DNA from: a bacterium
GTDB lineage: Archaea; Thermoplasmatota; E2; JACPAO01; JAHFTW01
Direction of reading: 5' to 3'
Assembly: GCA_040390065.1 (NCBI GenBank)
Contig: JAZJZE010000004.1
Location: 1-64,000 of the forward strand
DNA length: 64,000 nt
The position numbers were made by a program, and so were the translations under genes. Of the stretch, positions 1 through 8,626 are shown piece by piece (positions within the stretch are counted from its first letter, which is position 1; each line of letters opens with the position of its first letter). Under the pieces are notes generated by a model. It made no database searches and was not told the DNA's origin. It saw nothing but the letters and a program-made list of their open reading frames with translations.

Positions 1-69
1 CGACCGCCCCCGCCAGGATCGCGAAGGCCGGAAAACGACGCAGGCACCCTGGAAGTTATGCAATGACCT

Positions 70-1203
70 CTAGGCTGCGGTGATCATTCCGTCCATGCCG
101 GCGTGGATGAGGCACTTCATGTGGTACGTGCCGGCCGGCAGGATGACGCCGGCCTGGAAGTGGACCGTGTTGCCGGCCGTGATGGTGCCCGAGCTGTAGC
201 CCGGATTCAGGGCGTTGCCGGCCGAGTCCGTGATGTGGAACTCATGCGAGGCCGAATCCTTGTTCGAGACGTCGAAGACGAGCGGCTGGCCTGCCGCGAC
301 GTTCATCTTGCCCGGGAGGGTCGAGCCGGGGGAGAACGAGTTGACGCCGCCGGCGCCGGCGGCCGCGGCTGCCGCGCCGTTGTTGATGTCCACGTGCTCG
401 ACGGTCGCGGTCTTCTGCGTCTTGACCACGGACGACGTGGTCCCGCAGGGGCTTGTCGCGACGACTTGGAAGTTGTAGGTCTGGCCGGCGGTGAGACCAG
501 TGATGAGGACCGACTTGGCCCCGGGGCCGCTGACGTCCGCGGTGCTCGTGTCCAGCGTCGAGGTGATACCCCAGGCGACGTGCGACGACGTGTCCGCGGG
601 ACCCGTGACGTTCCACGTCACCCGGAACTGCGTGTCGATGACGGTGCTCGGGGGGACCGCCAAGCTCGGCACGGCTGGGGCGGCGCCAGTCGTCGAGAAG
701 AGGAACGCATTGGTCTGCACCTTCGTGCCGGCTGCATCGCTTGCGGCGATGCGCACCTTGTAGTCGCTGCAGGAAGCGAGACCTGCGATGGTGGCGGATT
801 GCGGCCCGAGGTTGGGGACGGGTGGCGTCTGGCCGGTGAAGTTCGTGACCGAGGCGTAGCCGTACTCGGCGTGGCTGCTCACCGCCCCCGTGCCGCCGCT
901 TACGATCCAGACCACGGCCGCGGAGTTGGGGCCGGGCGTGACCGTGACGTTGGCGATGTCCGGAAGCGGTCCGGGAGCCGTCGTCTCGCCGGAGGACGTC
1001 GCGGTCTTGGTGATGACGGTCGTGATGGTCGTCACGGTTCCCGAGATGGTGACCGTCTGCGTGACCGTGTTGAGTTGCGGCGAGCCGGTCGAAGTCGTAG
1101 ATGAAGTGGAGGGGGACGACGAGCCGCCGCCACCGCCCGAGCAGCCGGAGAGGCTCAGGCCAGCGACGAGCAGGAAAGCGAGGAAGACCAGTTGCGCGCG
1201 CAT
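70..1203 (-). CDS. Lipoprotein with two fibronectin type III-like domains and a C-terminal cupredoxin (blue copper) domain
   Basis: Lipobox LSGC, Ser/Thr-rich linker, two FN3-like repeats (IAGLASCSDYKVRI; ITGLTAGQTYNFQV), C-terminal HEF...CLIHAGM type-1 copper ligand set. Start ATG 1203 (alternative 1230). Confidence 0.75.
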   Translation of the reverse strand: MRAQLVFLAFLLVAGLSLSGCSGGGGGSSSPSTSSTTSTGSPQLNTVTQTVTISGTVTTITTVITKTATSSGETTAPGPLPDIANVTVTPGPNSAAVVWIVSGGTGAVSSHAEYGYASVTNFTGQTPPVPNLGPQSATIAGLASCSDYKVRIAASDAAGTKVQTNAFLFSTTGAAPAVPSLAVPPSTVIDTQFRVTWNVTGPADTSSHVAWGITSTLDTSTADVSGPGAKSVLITGLTAGQTYNFQVVATSPCGTTSSVVKTQKTATVEHVDINNGAAAAAAGAGGVNSFSPGSTLPGKMNVAAGQPLVFDVSNKDSASHEFHITDSAGNALNPGYSSGTITAGNTVHFQAGVILPAGTYHMKCLIHAGMDGMITAA

Positions 1204-1246
1204 GGGGGGAACGTGGTCCTTCTCCTTCATCAATGTGTTGGAAACC

Positions 1247-1597
1247 CTACCAGCCGCGCAGCAGCCAGAGGCCCATGAGCACGAATCCAGCGACGGTGGA
1301 AAACAGCGCGGCGACCCAAGCCCAGAACCAGGCGCGCCCCTCGGCACGTTTCATCCACACGCGTCCAAGCAGGTAGCCGGCGATGGCCGTGCCGCCCGTC
1401 AGAGACGCGAAGGCCAGCGGGTGCGGCGTCCACTTTCGCGCCATCCAGTACACGATGAAGCCGAAGCCAAGCGCCGTGTAGGCGAACACGAGCGGGTTCA
1501 CCCAGCGCAGGACCAGGATGCGCCGCGCCCCGGCCGGCGTCGATGCCTCCGGCGAACGCTCGACCGGCCGGTTGGGGTCGAACTTGGAGAACGGCAC
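1247..1597 (-). CDS. Small membrane protein (about 3 TM), unknown function
   Basis: 116 aa ORF with three hydrophobic segments, co-oriented with the downstream lipoprotein. Confidence 0.6.
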   Translation of the reverse strand: MPFSKFDPNRPVERSPEASTPAGARRILVLRWVNPLVFAYTALGFGFIVYWMARKWTPHPLAFASLTGGTAIAGYLLGRVWMKRAEGRAWFWAWVAALFSTVAGFVLMGLWLLRGW

Positions 1598-1664
1598 ACG
1601 CGGCCCACGAACGGCCCGGCAAAAGGGTTGCCTCGGCAGGCTTCAAGCGCACAGGACGCCTCGC

Positions 1665-2342
1665 ATGGCTGTGCTCACGATCGTGCTGGCCGATGCCGAA
1701 GTGGAGTTGGCGCCCGCGGAGATCGCCGGGCATCCGGCCGTGAAGGCCACCGCGCGGGCACAAGAGCGCAAGCCTGGCGAGGTGCTCCTCGACCAGAACG
1801 CGCACGGCGCCGCCACGGCCCGCCTCGTCGACGGCAAGCGCCGCGGCCGCCCCGACATCGTGCACTACTGCCTCCTCACGATCCTGGAGAGCCCGTTATG
1901 CAAGGCCGACCGCGTGCGCGTCGCCATCCACACCCGCCACGGTGAACTCATCCGCATCAAGCCCGACACGCGGCTGCCGCGCGGCGAGGCGCGCTTCCAG
2001 GGCCTCATCGCCCGCGTGCTTCGCGAAGGCCGCAGCCAAGACAAGGAGCCGCTCTTGTGGAGCGACGGCAAGCGCTCGCCCGCCCAGGTGCTGGAAGCCA
2101 TGGCCGTCGGACCCGTCCTTCGCCTAGACGAAGGCGGCAAGGCGTGCAGCCCCGCGGACCTTGCCGGCCTGGCGAAAGCGGGCGACCTGACCGTCGTGCT
2201 GGGCGCATTCCCATCCGGGGCGTTCTCGGCGCCTTGGCTTGCCGCTGCGCCCGAGGCGGTGTCGTTGTGGCCGCAGGCGCTCAATGCCTGGGCCATCGCC
2301 GCGGAAGTCGTGGCCGGGCACCGCGCCAAGTGGGGCCCGTAG
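1665..2342 (+). CDS. nep1: 16S rRNA pseudouridine N1-methyltransferase Nep1/EMG1 (SPOUT)
   Basis: Motifs LLDQNAH, RGRPDIVHYCLL, ILESPL, TRLPR, LGAFPSG. TATA-like CTTCAAG about 24 nt upstream of ATG 1665. Confidence 0.88.
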   Translation: MAVLTIVLADAEVELAPAEIAGHPAVKATARAQERKPGEVLLDQNAHGAATARLVDGKRRGRPDIVHYCLLTILESPLCKADRVRVAIHTRHGELIRIKPDTRLPRGEARFQGLIARVLREGRSQDKEPLLWSDGKRSPAQVLEAMAVGPVLRLDEGGKACSPADLAGLAKAGDLTVVLGAFPSGAFSAPWLAAAPEAVSLWPQALNAWAIAAEVVAGHRAKWGP

Positions 2343-2344
2343 GT

Positions 2345-3052
2345 TCAGCCCGTCGGCGTAGAGGCGGAAGTTGCCGCAGTGGACTGCACGACCCAGCGGG
2401 CACGCCAGCCCACCATGAGCATCCAGTAGACGAGGAACACGGCGACGGCGCGCTGCGCCACCGCGCCGAACTCCCAGCCGGGGGCCGGCAGGATGTCCAT
2501 GAAGCCCCAGCCGATGCTGAGGACCGTGGCGACGGCGGACCAGGCGGGGGAACTGCCAACCACTTGCTGCCATGCCGGGTTGCGCGATCCTGATTCTGAC
2601 AAGAGGACCATCGCCGAGCATTGCAGGGTCAGCGATGAGATGGCCGCGATGTCATGCAGAGCGCCCCATGGCGTCGTGGGCATTGGGGTTGCATCCGTCG
2701 GGAAGACATCGAGAAGAAGCATGCTGCACCCAGCAGCAAACAGGAGCCAGCAGGATGCAACGGAGTTGCGCACCCGCGGCAGAAGGCGCTTCAGGCCCAT
2801 GGCGAAGGCCATCATGCCGAGGCCAAGGCAGACGACGCCGGCGTACCACACCGGCCCGCCGTGGCCGAGCGCGTAGGCGCTGATGTGGCGCGGCTCGGTT
2901 CCTGAAAGGACGCGCGAACCCGGCTCCGGCGCCCCGGCCGTCGGCCAGACGAAGTCGATGACGTGGAGGGCGGCGAGGGCCACCAGGAAGGCGACCATCC
3001 CCGCCAACCCCCAAAGCAGCATGCGCTGCGCCCGTTTCTGCAGCGGGTCCAT
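2345..3052 (-). CDS. DUF998-family membrane protein
   Basis: ISAYALG, FPTD, LHDIAA and QR motifs, about 6 TM. Start ATG 3052 chosen from the TATA spacing. Confidence 0.7.
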   Translation of the reverse strand: MDPLQKRAQRMLLWGLAGMVAFLVALAALHVIDFVWPTAGAPEPGSRVLSGTEPRHISAYALGHGGPVWYAGVVCLGLGMMAFAMGLKRLLPRVRNSVASCWLLFAAGCSMLLLDVFPTDATPMPTTPWGALHDIAAISSLTLQCSAMVLLSESGSRNPAWQQVVGSSPAWSAVATVLSIGWGFMDILPAPGWEFGAVAQRAVAVFLVYWMLMVGWRARWVVQSTAATSASTPTG

Positions 3053-3121
3053 GTCGTCGGTTTGCCTATGGACCGCCGCGCCTTCTAAGCCTTTCCAGCG
3101 TGACACACAGGTGAGACGGCA

Positions 3122-3673
3122 TCATCCGGCGGGCGTGGCCCGGGCGGGGTTGCACACGAAGGCGAGCGATTCGGGGGTCTCGTAGTACAGACCGTAATTG
3201 AAGTGGAGGACGACGCCGACGGCAAGCGGGTCCGCAAGGCCGTGCCAGGTCCAGGTGCCGGCGGCCGGGTGATCGAAGCGCATGCGCACGGGGTCCTCGC
3301 GCGTGGCCACCTGCTGGGCCGGCGACGTTGCCCCCGCGCCGGCCGGACCCACGGCCTCTGAGCGGATGCCTGTCGTGGCGCCGTTTTCCCACCATAGGTC
3401 GAGGATGATGGCGCTGACGTTCTCGGGGACGCCCATCTCGGCGCCGTTGTCGGTGAGCGAGAAGTGGCGGAACTCTTGGCTTGGGGCCTGTGCGCCGACA
3501 CCGATGAGGTCAGCGTTGCCCACGTAGCCAAGGCAGGGTTGCGTGAGGTCGACGTTCTGCGCATGCGGCGCCGTCACGTAGCCATCGTGGGCGGGGGGCG
3601 AGTGCGGCGCGGGGCCCGAGCAGCCGGCCAGGAGCAAGGGCGCGGCCGCCAGCAGGGCGATGAGCAATCGCAT
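3122..3673 (-). CDS. Hypothetical lipoprotein
   Basis: MRLLIALLAAAPLLLAGC lipobox; beta-rich body ending PAAGTWTW. Confidence 0.65.
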   Translation of the reverse strand: MRLLIALLAAAPLLLAGCSGPAPHSPPAHDGYVTAPHAQNVDLTQPCLGYVGNADLIGVGAQAPSQEFRHFSLTDNGAEMGVPENVSAIILDLWWENGATTGIRSEAVGPAGAGATSPAQQVATREDPVRMRFDHPAAGTWTWHGLADPLAVGVVLHFNYGLYYETPESLAFVCNPARATPAG

Positions 3674-3725
3674 GCAGCAAAGCCATCGGACCGTCGGTTA
3701 AGTCTTGTGGGCTGGAGGCCGAAAC

Positions 3726-4544
3726 TCAGGGGTGGTCATCCGGGGCCGGCTGCGGCGGAGCCGGTGCGTTGACGGCTTGCAGCGCGGGCTGGGTCGCGGC
3801 GGGGGCCTCCCGGGACCGCAACGGGCGGATGGCCAGCAGGTTGAGGCCCAGGAGGACGAACCAGATGGCGATAAGGGCAACCAGGAGGCGCTGGGCGAAG
3901 GCGACGAGGATCAGGCCGCGCGTGTCTGCAAGGACGTAGGCGATGCCCGAGGCGCACACCAGCAGGCCGAGGACGACGGAGGCGGCGGCAAAGGGACGCC
4001 AGGAGCGGCGGCGATGCAGCGCCGGCCCCATCACCATCATGGCGACGCCGACGGAACTGAAGGTCGGCCACACCGCGTCGTTGTGGATGGTGCCTGAGAC
4101 GGTCTGCGGCTGCGGCGTCAAGTCGCTTGGGAATGTCGCGATGAGAAGCATGCCAAAAACCGAGAGCCACAGCAGGACGAGACCAGCCCGCGCCGGCACC
4201 GACCCCGGCAAGTGTTCTTGCAAGGCGAAGATGAGGGCGATCCCCGCCACCGCGAAACTGTACGCGCCCGCGACCCAGAGCCACGGATAGCGGCTTCGAG
4301 CGAAGTCGGACATGTGCCACGGCTGGTTCGTCATGGAAGTCGCATGAAGAGCGATGAGTGCCAGGATGAATTCGGCAACGCCGGTGATGCCGAGCCAGGC
4401 GAGGAACTTGGTGCGCGGCGAGACGGGACGGCGAACTTCTGGCGCCGGAATCGTGGGCGCTTTGGGGGGCACGGCGGCACCTGCCGCGGTCGCTAGCTGG
4501 CTCAGGGGGTCGAGGGGAAGGGCAGATGCTTCGGACGGAACCAT
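3726..4544 (-). CDS. DUF998-family membrane protein (paralog of 2345..3052)
   Basis: MSDFA, FPSD, TIHNDA and AQRL motifs align with the neighbouring paralog. Confidence 0.7.
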   Translation of the reverse strand: MVPSEASALPLDPLSQLATAAGAAVPPKAPTIPAPEVRRPVSPRTKFLAWLGITGVAEFILALIALHATSMTNQPWHMSDFARSRYPWLWVAGAYSFAVAGIALIFALQEHLPGSVPARAGLVLLWLSVFGMLLIATFPSDLTPQPQTVSGTIHNDAVWPTFSSVGVAMMVMGPALHRRRSWRPFAAASVVLGLLVCASGIAYVLADTRGLILVAFAQRLLVALIAIWFVLLGLNLLAIRPLRSREAPAATQPALQAVNAPAPPQPAPDDHP

Positions 4545-4684
4545 TCTCTCATCGAAGGAGTTGTGCCTCTGTTGTCCCTCTTAACCATTCTCGATAAGGC
4601 ATCAAAGGGACCCGCGGAAGGCGCGGGCGAAGCACGGACCGGAAGGTGGATTGCGCGGGACGCACAAAGCCCGTGGCGCGTCGG

Positions 4685-4909
4685 CTAGGCGCTGCGTTTG
4701 GCGTAGCGGTCGGCGAATGCCATGATGTGGCCGCAAGCGACGCATGCGACGTTGGTCGTGTTGCGCCAGCCCCACCCCCAGCGCGGTCGCTGGAAGGACG
4801 ACCAGGCATCGAAGCCTTGGCCCTTGCAGATTGGACACACCAGCGGCTGGCCAGCCACGAGGTAGCGCGTCTGCCCCTCCGGCGTTTCCGGGGGCGACGC
4901 AGGAATCAC
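4685..4909 (-). CDS. Small zinc-ribbon protein
   Basis: CPIC...CVAC motif; its GTG start overlaps the atpD stop (GTGA). Confidence 0.65.
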   Translation of the reverse strand: MIPASPPETPEGQTRYLVAGQPLVCPICKGQGFDAWSSFQRPRWGWGWRNTTNVACVACGHIMAFADRYAKRSA

Positions 4910-5547
4910 GCCTTCGCCTTGTCCTTCGACTTGGCCTTGATCCGCTTCATCGAGAACAAACCCTCGCGTTCCATCTCCTCGAGGCGGAAGGCGATGAACT
5001 TCTTGATCTCGTCGAGTTCGGGCAGGACCTTGAATTCGAGGGCGTTGACGCGCCGCTTCGTCTTCTCCACTTCATCCAGGAGGCGCTTGATGGCGGTCTC
5101 GAGTTCAGCGGCGAGGATGAGTTGCTCGACGAGTGCCTCGTAGGCGCCGACGGCGTCGTCGATGGCGGGGCTCGTTCCGACCAGGCCGTAGCCACGTTCG
5201 CTGAGGGTGTGCTTGACCGACGTCGCGTGGATCTTGGGAACGCGCACACCCATGATGTTGTGTTCCTTCAGCGTCACCTGCGGCGGATTGGAGACCGTGT
5301 AGGCCACGCTGCGTACGGCGATTGCGCCCTCGACAGCGGCGGCGACCTGGATGGCCTCTTGCGCGCCGCCGTACCGCTTGATGAGATCCGTCCGAATCGA
5401 CTTGACCTTTGGGAGGATTGCGAAGATCTCGTACATGAGACCGTCGCGCTTCTTCTTCAGCAGGTTGTAGCCCGACTTGGAGAGCGCAATCTTGCGCTTG
5501 ACGTTGATGAGCTCGCTGCGCGTCGGGGTGACGTTCTGCGCGGCCAT
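4906..5547 (-). CDS. atpD: A/V-type ATP synthase subunit D
   Basis: NVTPTRSEL, GYNLLKKKRDGL, NIMGVRVP, EVEKTKRRVNALE, LEEMERE. TATA GGTTTATT about 27 nt upstream. Confidence 0.95.
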   Translation of the reverse strand: MAAQNVTPTRSELINVKRKIALSKSGYNLLKKKRDGLMYEIFAILPKVKSIRTDLIKRYGGAQEAIQVAAAVEGAIAVRSVAYTVSNPPQVTLKEHNIMGVRVPKIHATSVKHTLSERGYGLVGTSPAIDDAVGAYEALVEQLILAAELETAIKRLLDEVEKTKRRVNALEFKVLPELDEIKKFIAFRLEEMEREGLFSMKRIKAKSKDKAKA

Positions 5548-5722
5548 GGACAACCTTGCCGACACGGGTGCCGTCAATAAACCTTCAGGCATGGCGAAAG
5601 ATATGGAAGTCCCGTTGCGGCCCGCCTTGCGCATCGTTCTCCAGGAGGAGAAGCATGAATCTTCGATAGGCCAGGGCCTGTCCGCAACGCTTTCAAGTAG
5701 GCCCCGGTCTGGCCGACCTGCA

Positions 5723-6283
5723 ATGTTCCTGTACGAATTGAACCGCAAAGAAACCAAGGGGGAGGCCGACTTCCCTGTTGTTGGCGTTCAGGCGAAGGTG
5801 GCCGTCTCCCTCGACTTCGGCGTCCTCGACGTACCGCCCAAGGCGCGCCGCCGCCTTGCCGCCCAAGCGCTGCGCGACATCATCGCAAGCCTCGACGAGG
5901 AGGAACTCGTCGCCGCCACGCCGGGCCAGTTCATGACGCCGGAGCCGACGGTCACCTTGCAGCAGGAGGCGCCGCGTCGCCACGACACGTGGGTGCAACC
6001 CGCCGGCCTCGACCTGCGCATCGTCAAGTCCGCCCACCGCATCATCGCCGAAGTCGCCGAGAAGGGCGTCTCGGGCCGCATCGTTCTCGCGGCGGAACTC
6101 GTCGGCTCCATCGGCCTCTCGGCGCCCACCATCGGTCGGCTTCTGCGCGACGGCGAGCCCGCCAACGACTACCTGAAGCAGTACGTCATCATCACCCCGA
6201 ACGGCCGCACGAAGTCGCTCGACTTGACGCCGGCGGGACGCCTGCTTGCTTCGAAAATCCGCGCCGGCTCCGTGCCGATGTAG
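5723..6283 (+). CDS. Hypothetical protein with a C-terminal winged-helix-like DNA-binding domain
   Basis: GLSAPTIGRLL helix and LDLTPAGR wing motif. Start uncertain. Confidence 0.55.
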   Translation: MFLYELNRKETKGEADFPVVGVQAKVAVSLDFGVLDVPPKARRRLAAQALRDIIASLDEEELVAATPGQFMTPEPTVTLQQEAPRRHDTWVQPAGLDLRIVKSAHRIIAEVAEKGVSGRIVLAAELVGSIGLSAPTIGRLLRDGEPANDYLKQYVIITPNGRTKSLDLTPAGRLLASKIRAGSVPM

Positions 6284-6297
6284 GCCCGGGTACGACG

Positions 6298-6792
6298 CTA
6301 GGGCTGTTGGACTTCAAGCGGCCACGGCGCGTGCAGGATGCGGCTGGCGTCCTGGCCCATGGCGGATTGCAGGCCGAGAAGCCGGTCGCGCGTCTGTTCG
6401 TCCAGGGATTTGGCCAAGGCCCGCGTCGTTGCGTCGAGCAGATCCTCGACCTCGAAGGGCTTGCGCAGCAGGAAATCGACGTGGCCCTCGTTGACGGCGC
6501 GTACGGCCAAGTCCAGGTCCGCGAAGGCTGTCATGAGGATGCGGGCAGTGCGCGGGGAACGCCGCACGACGTGGGCGAGCACCTCGAGGCCGTCCATGCC
6601 TGGCATCCGGAAGTCACACAGGACCAAATCGAAGGTGGTGCCCCGCATGGCCTCCAGGGCCGCGTCCCCCGAGGCCGCCGTTGCCACGGCGACGTCGGCA
6701 AAGTGCTCGCGAAACAGCGGCTCGAAGGAGTCGAGGACGTCCTGCTCGTCATCTACGATGAGGACGGCGGCGGCATGGCTGGCTTGGCCCAT
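6298..6792 (-). CDS. Stand-alone response regulator (receiver domain)
   Basis: VLIVDDE, DLVLCDFRMPGMDGLE, ILMTA, KPF. Confidence 0.9.
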   Translation of the reverse strand: MGQASHAAAVLIVDDEQDVLDSFEPLFREHFADVAVATAASGDAALEAMRGTTFDLVLCDFRMPGMDGLEVLAHVVRRSPRTARILMTAFADLDLAVRAVNEGHVDFLLRKPFEVEDLLDATTRALAKSLDEQTRDRLLGLQSAMGQDASRILHAPWPLEVQQP

Positions 6793-6875
6793 GGATGGAC
6801 GTCCGGGCCTCCTGCACAAGAAGGCTTGCCGGGAAGGGCTATAGCCCTCTTTCTCCGCCCGGGGGCCCCGCTTTC

Positions 6876-6996
6876 TTCAAATACGCCCTCACCTCAGGCC
6901 GAGTTGCCCTCCATCCCTGTGCGCCTGGACCCCTCGGGGTTCCCAGACGACTAACAGGAGACCGCGCAAGCGGGAAACGGGTAGGAGACACCACCA
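6876..6996 (+). promoter_or_regulatory. TATA box and structured 5' leader of rpl11
   Basis: TTCAAATA at 6876-6883, hairpin CCGC-GCAA-GCGG at 6962-6973, SD-like AGGAG at 6983-6987. Confidence 0.5.
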
Positions 6997-7470
6997 ATGG
7001 CACAAACCATCGAAACCGTCGTCGAAGGCGGCAAGGCAAACCCCGGACCGCTCGGCCCCGTTCTCGGCCCGGCCGGCGTCAACATGGGCAAGGTCGTCGC
7101 GGAGATCAACGCGCAGACGAAAGCCTACGCCGGCATGAAGGTCCCGGTCAAGATCGTGATCGACGACAAGAAGAACTTCGTCGTCGAGGTCGGCACGCCG
7201 CCGGTCAGCCAACTCGTCATCTCCAAGGCGAAGATCGAGAAGGGCTCCGGCACGCCGAACAAGAGCACGGTCGGCAACCTCACGATCAAGCAGGCCATCG
7301 AGATCACGAACATGAAGGGCAAGAAGATGCTCGGCGGCAGCCTCAAGGCGCGCGTCAAGGAAGTCGTCGGCACCTGCGTCTCCATGGGCGTCACGGTCGA
7401 GGGCCGCAACGCCAAGGAGATGTCCAAGGCAATCGAGAAGGGCGAGTACGACGCCCAGCTGAAGGAGTAG
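6997..7470 (+). CDS. rpl11: 50S ribosomal protein uL11 (archaeal type)
   Basis: VEGGKANPGPLGPVLG, GMKVPVKI, VGTPP, GTCVSMGVTVEG. Confidence 0.96.
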   Translation: MAQTIETVVEGGKANPGPLGPVLGPAGVNMGKVVAEINAQTKAYAGMKVPVKIVIDDKKNFVVEVGTPPVSQLVISKAKIEKGSGTPNKSTVGNLTIKQAIEITNMKGKKMLGGSLKARVKEVVGTCVSMGVTVEGRNAKEMSKAIEKGEYDAQLKE

Positions 7471-7474
7471 GACC

Positions 7475-7717
7475 GTGGCCGACGGCTTTGCGGCGTTGTT
7501 CGGGGCGTTCTTCCTCGTCTGGCTCGTCATCGCCGTCGTCCTCATCGTCCTGTTCCTGCTTCCGACGATCCAGGCGTACAAGGCGAAGCGTTCGGGCTGG
7601 TGGGTCTACCTCATCTGCTTCTTCATCACGCCCTTGAACATCGCAGCGCTCATCGCGTGGTTTGCGCATTTCAAGACGCACCCGACGAAGCTCGGCCAGT
7701 CCGACATCGTGATCTAG
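7475..7717 (+). CDS. Small membrane protein
   Basis: 80 aa with 2-3 TM, GGAG SD upstream, coding-like codon usage. Confidence 0.65.
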   Translation: MADGFAALFGAFFLVWLVIAVVLIVLFLLPTIQAYKAKRSGWWVYLICFFITPLNIAALIAWFAHFKTHPTKLGQSDIVI

Positions 7718-8020
7718 GTGGCTGACGCGGCCGGCGGGCAGCGGGGCAGGCGCGTCATCCTCGGCCTCTTCGTCGTCCTCGCGGTGTGCACGGCCTTGGC
7801 CCTATGGCTGTTCTCGCGAACCACGGAGGGCAGCCTCTACCGAGCGAGCATCTGGCGCGCCCTGGCCGGCGACTTGGCGATTCCCGTCGTCGCGTGGTGC
7901 ATCCTGGAAGGGCTCGCGGTTGCGGGCCGGCCGCGTTGGCTGTGGTGGCTGGCAAGCATCCCGGCTGCGGCGGCCACGTACGGCGTCGTCACTCTGGTGA
8001 TCCGGGCCTTGGACCGTTGA
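7718..8020 (+). CDS. Small membrane protein
   Basis: 100 aa with about 3 TM, directly abuts the previous stop codon. Confidence 0.55.
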   Translation: MADAAGGQRGRRVILGLFVVLAVCTALALWLFSRTTEGSLYRASIWRALAGDLAIPVVAWCILEGLAVAGRPRWLWWLASIPAAAATYGVVTLVIRALDR

Positions 8021-8057
8021 CGCGAACCTTTTGCGCAGCGCCCGCCTGCCGGGACCG

Positions 8058-8441
8058 ATGCGACGCCTCGTTGCGGCCTTGGCCGTGGTCGTCCTTGCCG
8101 CCGGTTGCTCGAGCCCCGCCAAGTTCGAGGTCTCCCGCGACCGAACGACGGTGGACCCGCACGACGCTGAAGAAGTCAACCTCCAGATGCACAAGGACGA
8201 CACCTTCGACTATTCGTGGACCACGACCGCGACGCTGCACTTCAACATCCACAGCCATCGCCAAGTGAACGGCCAGACGGAGGCCATCGAGTGGGTCGCC
8301 AAGGACTCGAAGGGCGAGGCGGGCACGTTCAAAGCCGACCTCGACGGCGGCTACTCCCTCATGTGGGAGAACACGAGTAACTCCCGCATCACGCTGACAT
8401 ACCACGCAAGCGGCGTCGGGACCGTCGACAGCAGGACGTAG
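8058..8441 (+). CDS. Lipoprotein with a GOLD-like beta-sandwich
   Basis: LAAGC lipobox; FDYSW, LHFNIHSH, GGYSLMWEN pattern. Confidence 0.65.
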   Translation: MRRLVAALAVVVLAAGCSSPAKFEVSRDRTTVDPHDAEEVNLQMHKDDTFDYSWTTTATLHFNIHSHRQVNGQTEAIEWVAKDSKGEAGTFKADLDGGYSLMWENTSNSRITLTYHASGVGTVDSRT

Positions 8442-8626
8442 GCCGCCCGGCCGAACCGTCCGTGCGCACGACGACGAATCCATCCATGACCGCTTGGACC
8501 AAATCGCCCCCGGCGAGGGGCCGAACGCGGCGCCGCAGCACCGCATGTGAGTGGGGTGTGGCTCAAGCGTGCCCAAGCGCATCGCGGGCAAGCGTGGGCC
8601 GCCGGGGGCCGGACCCAACTGGTTTG

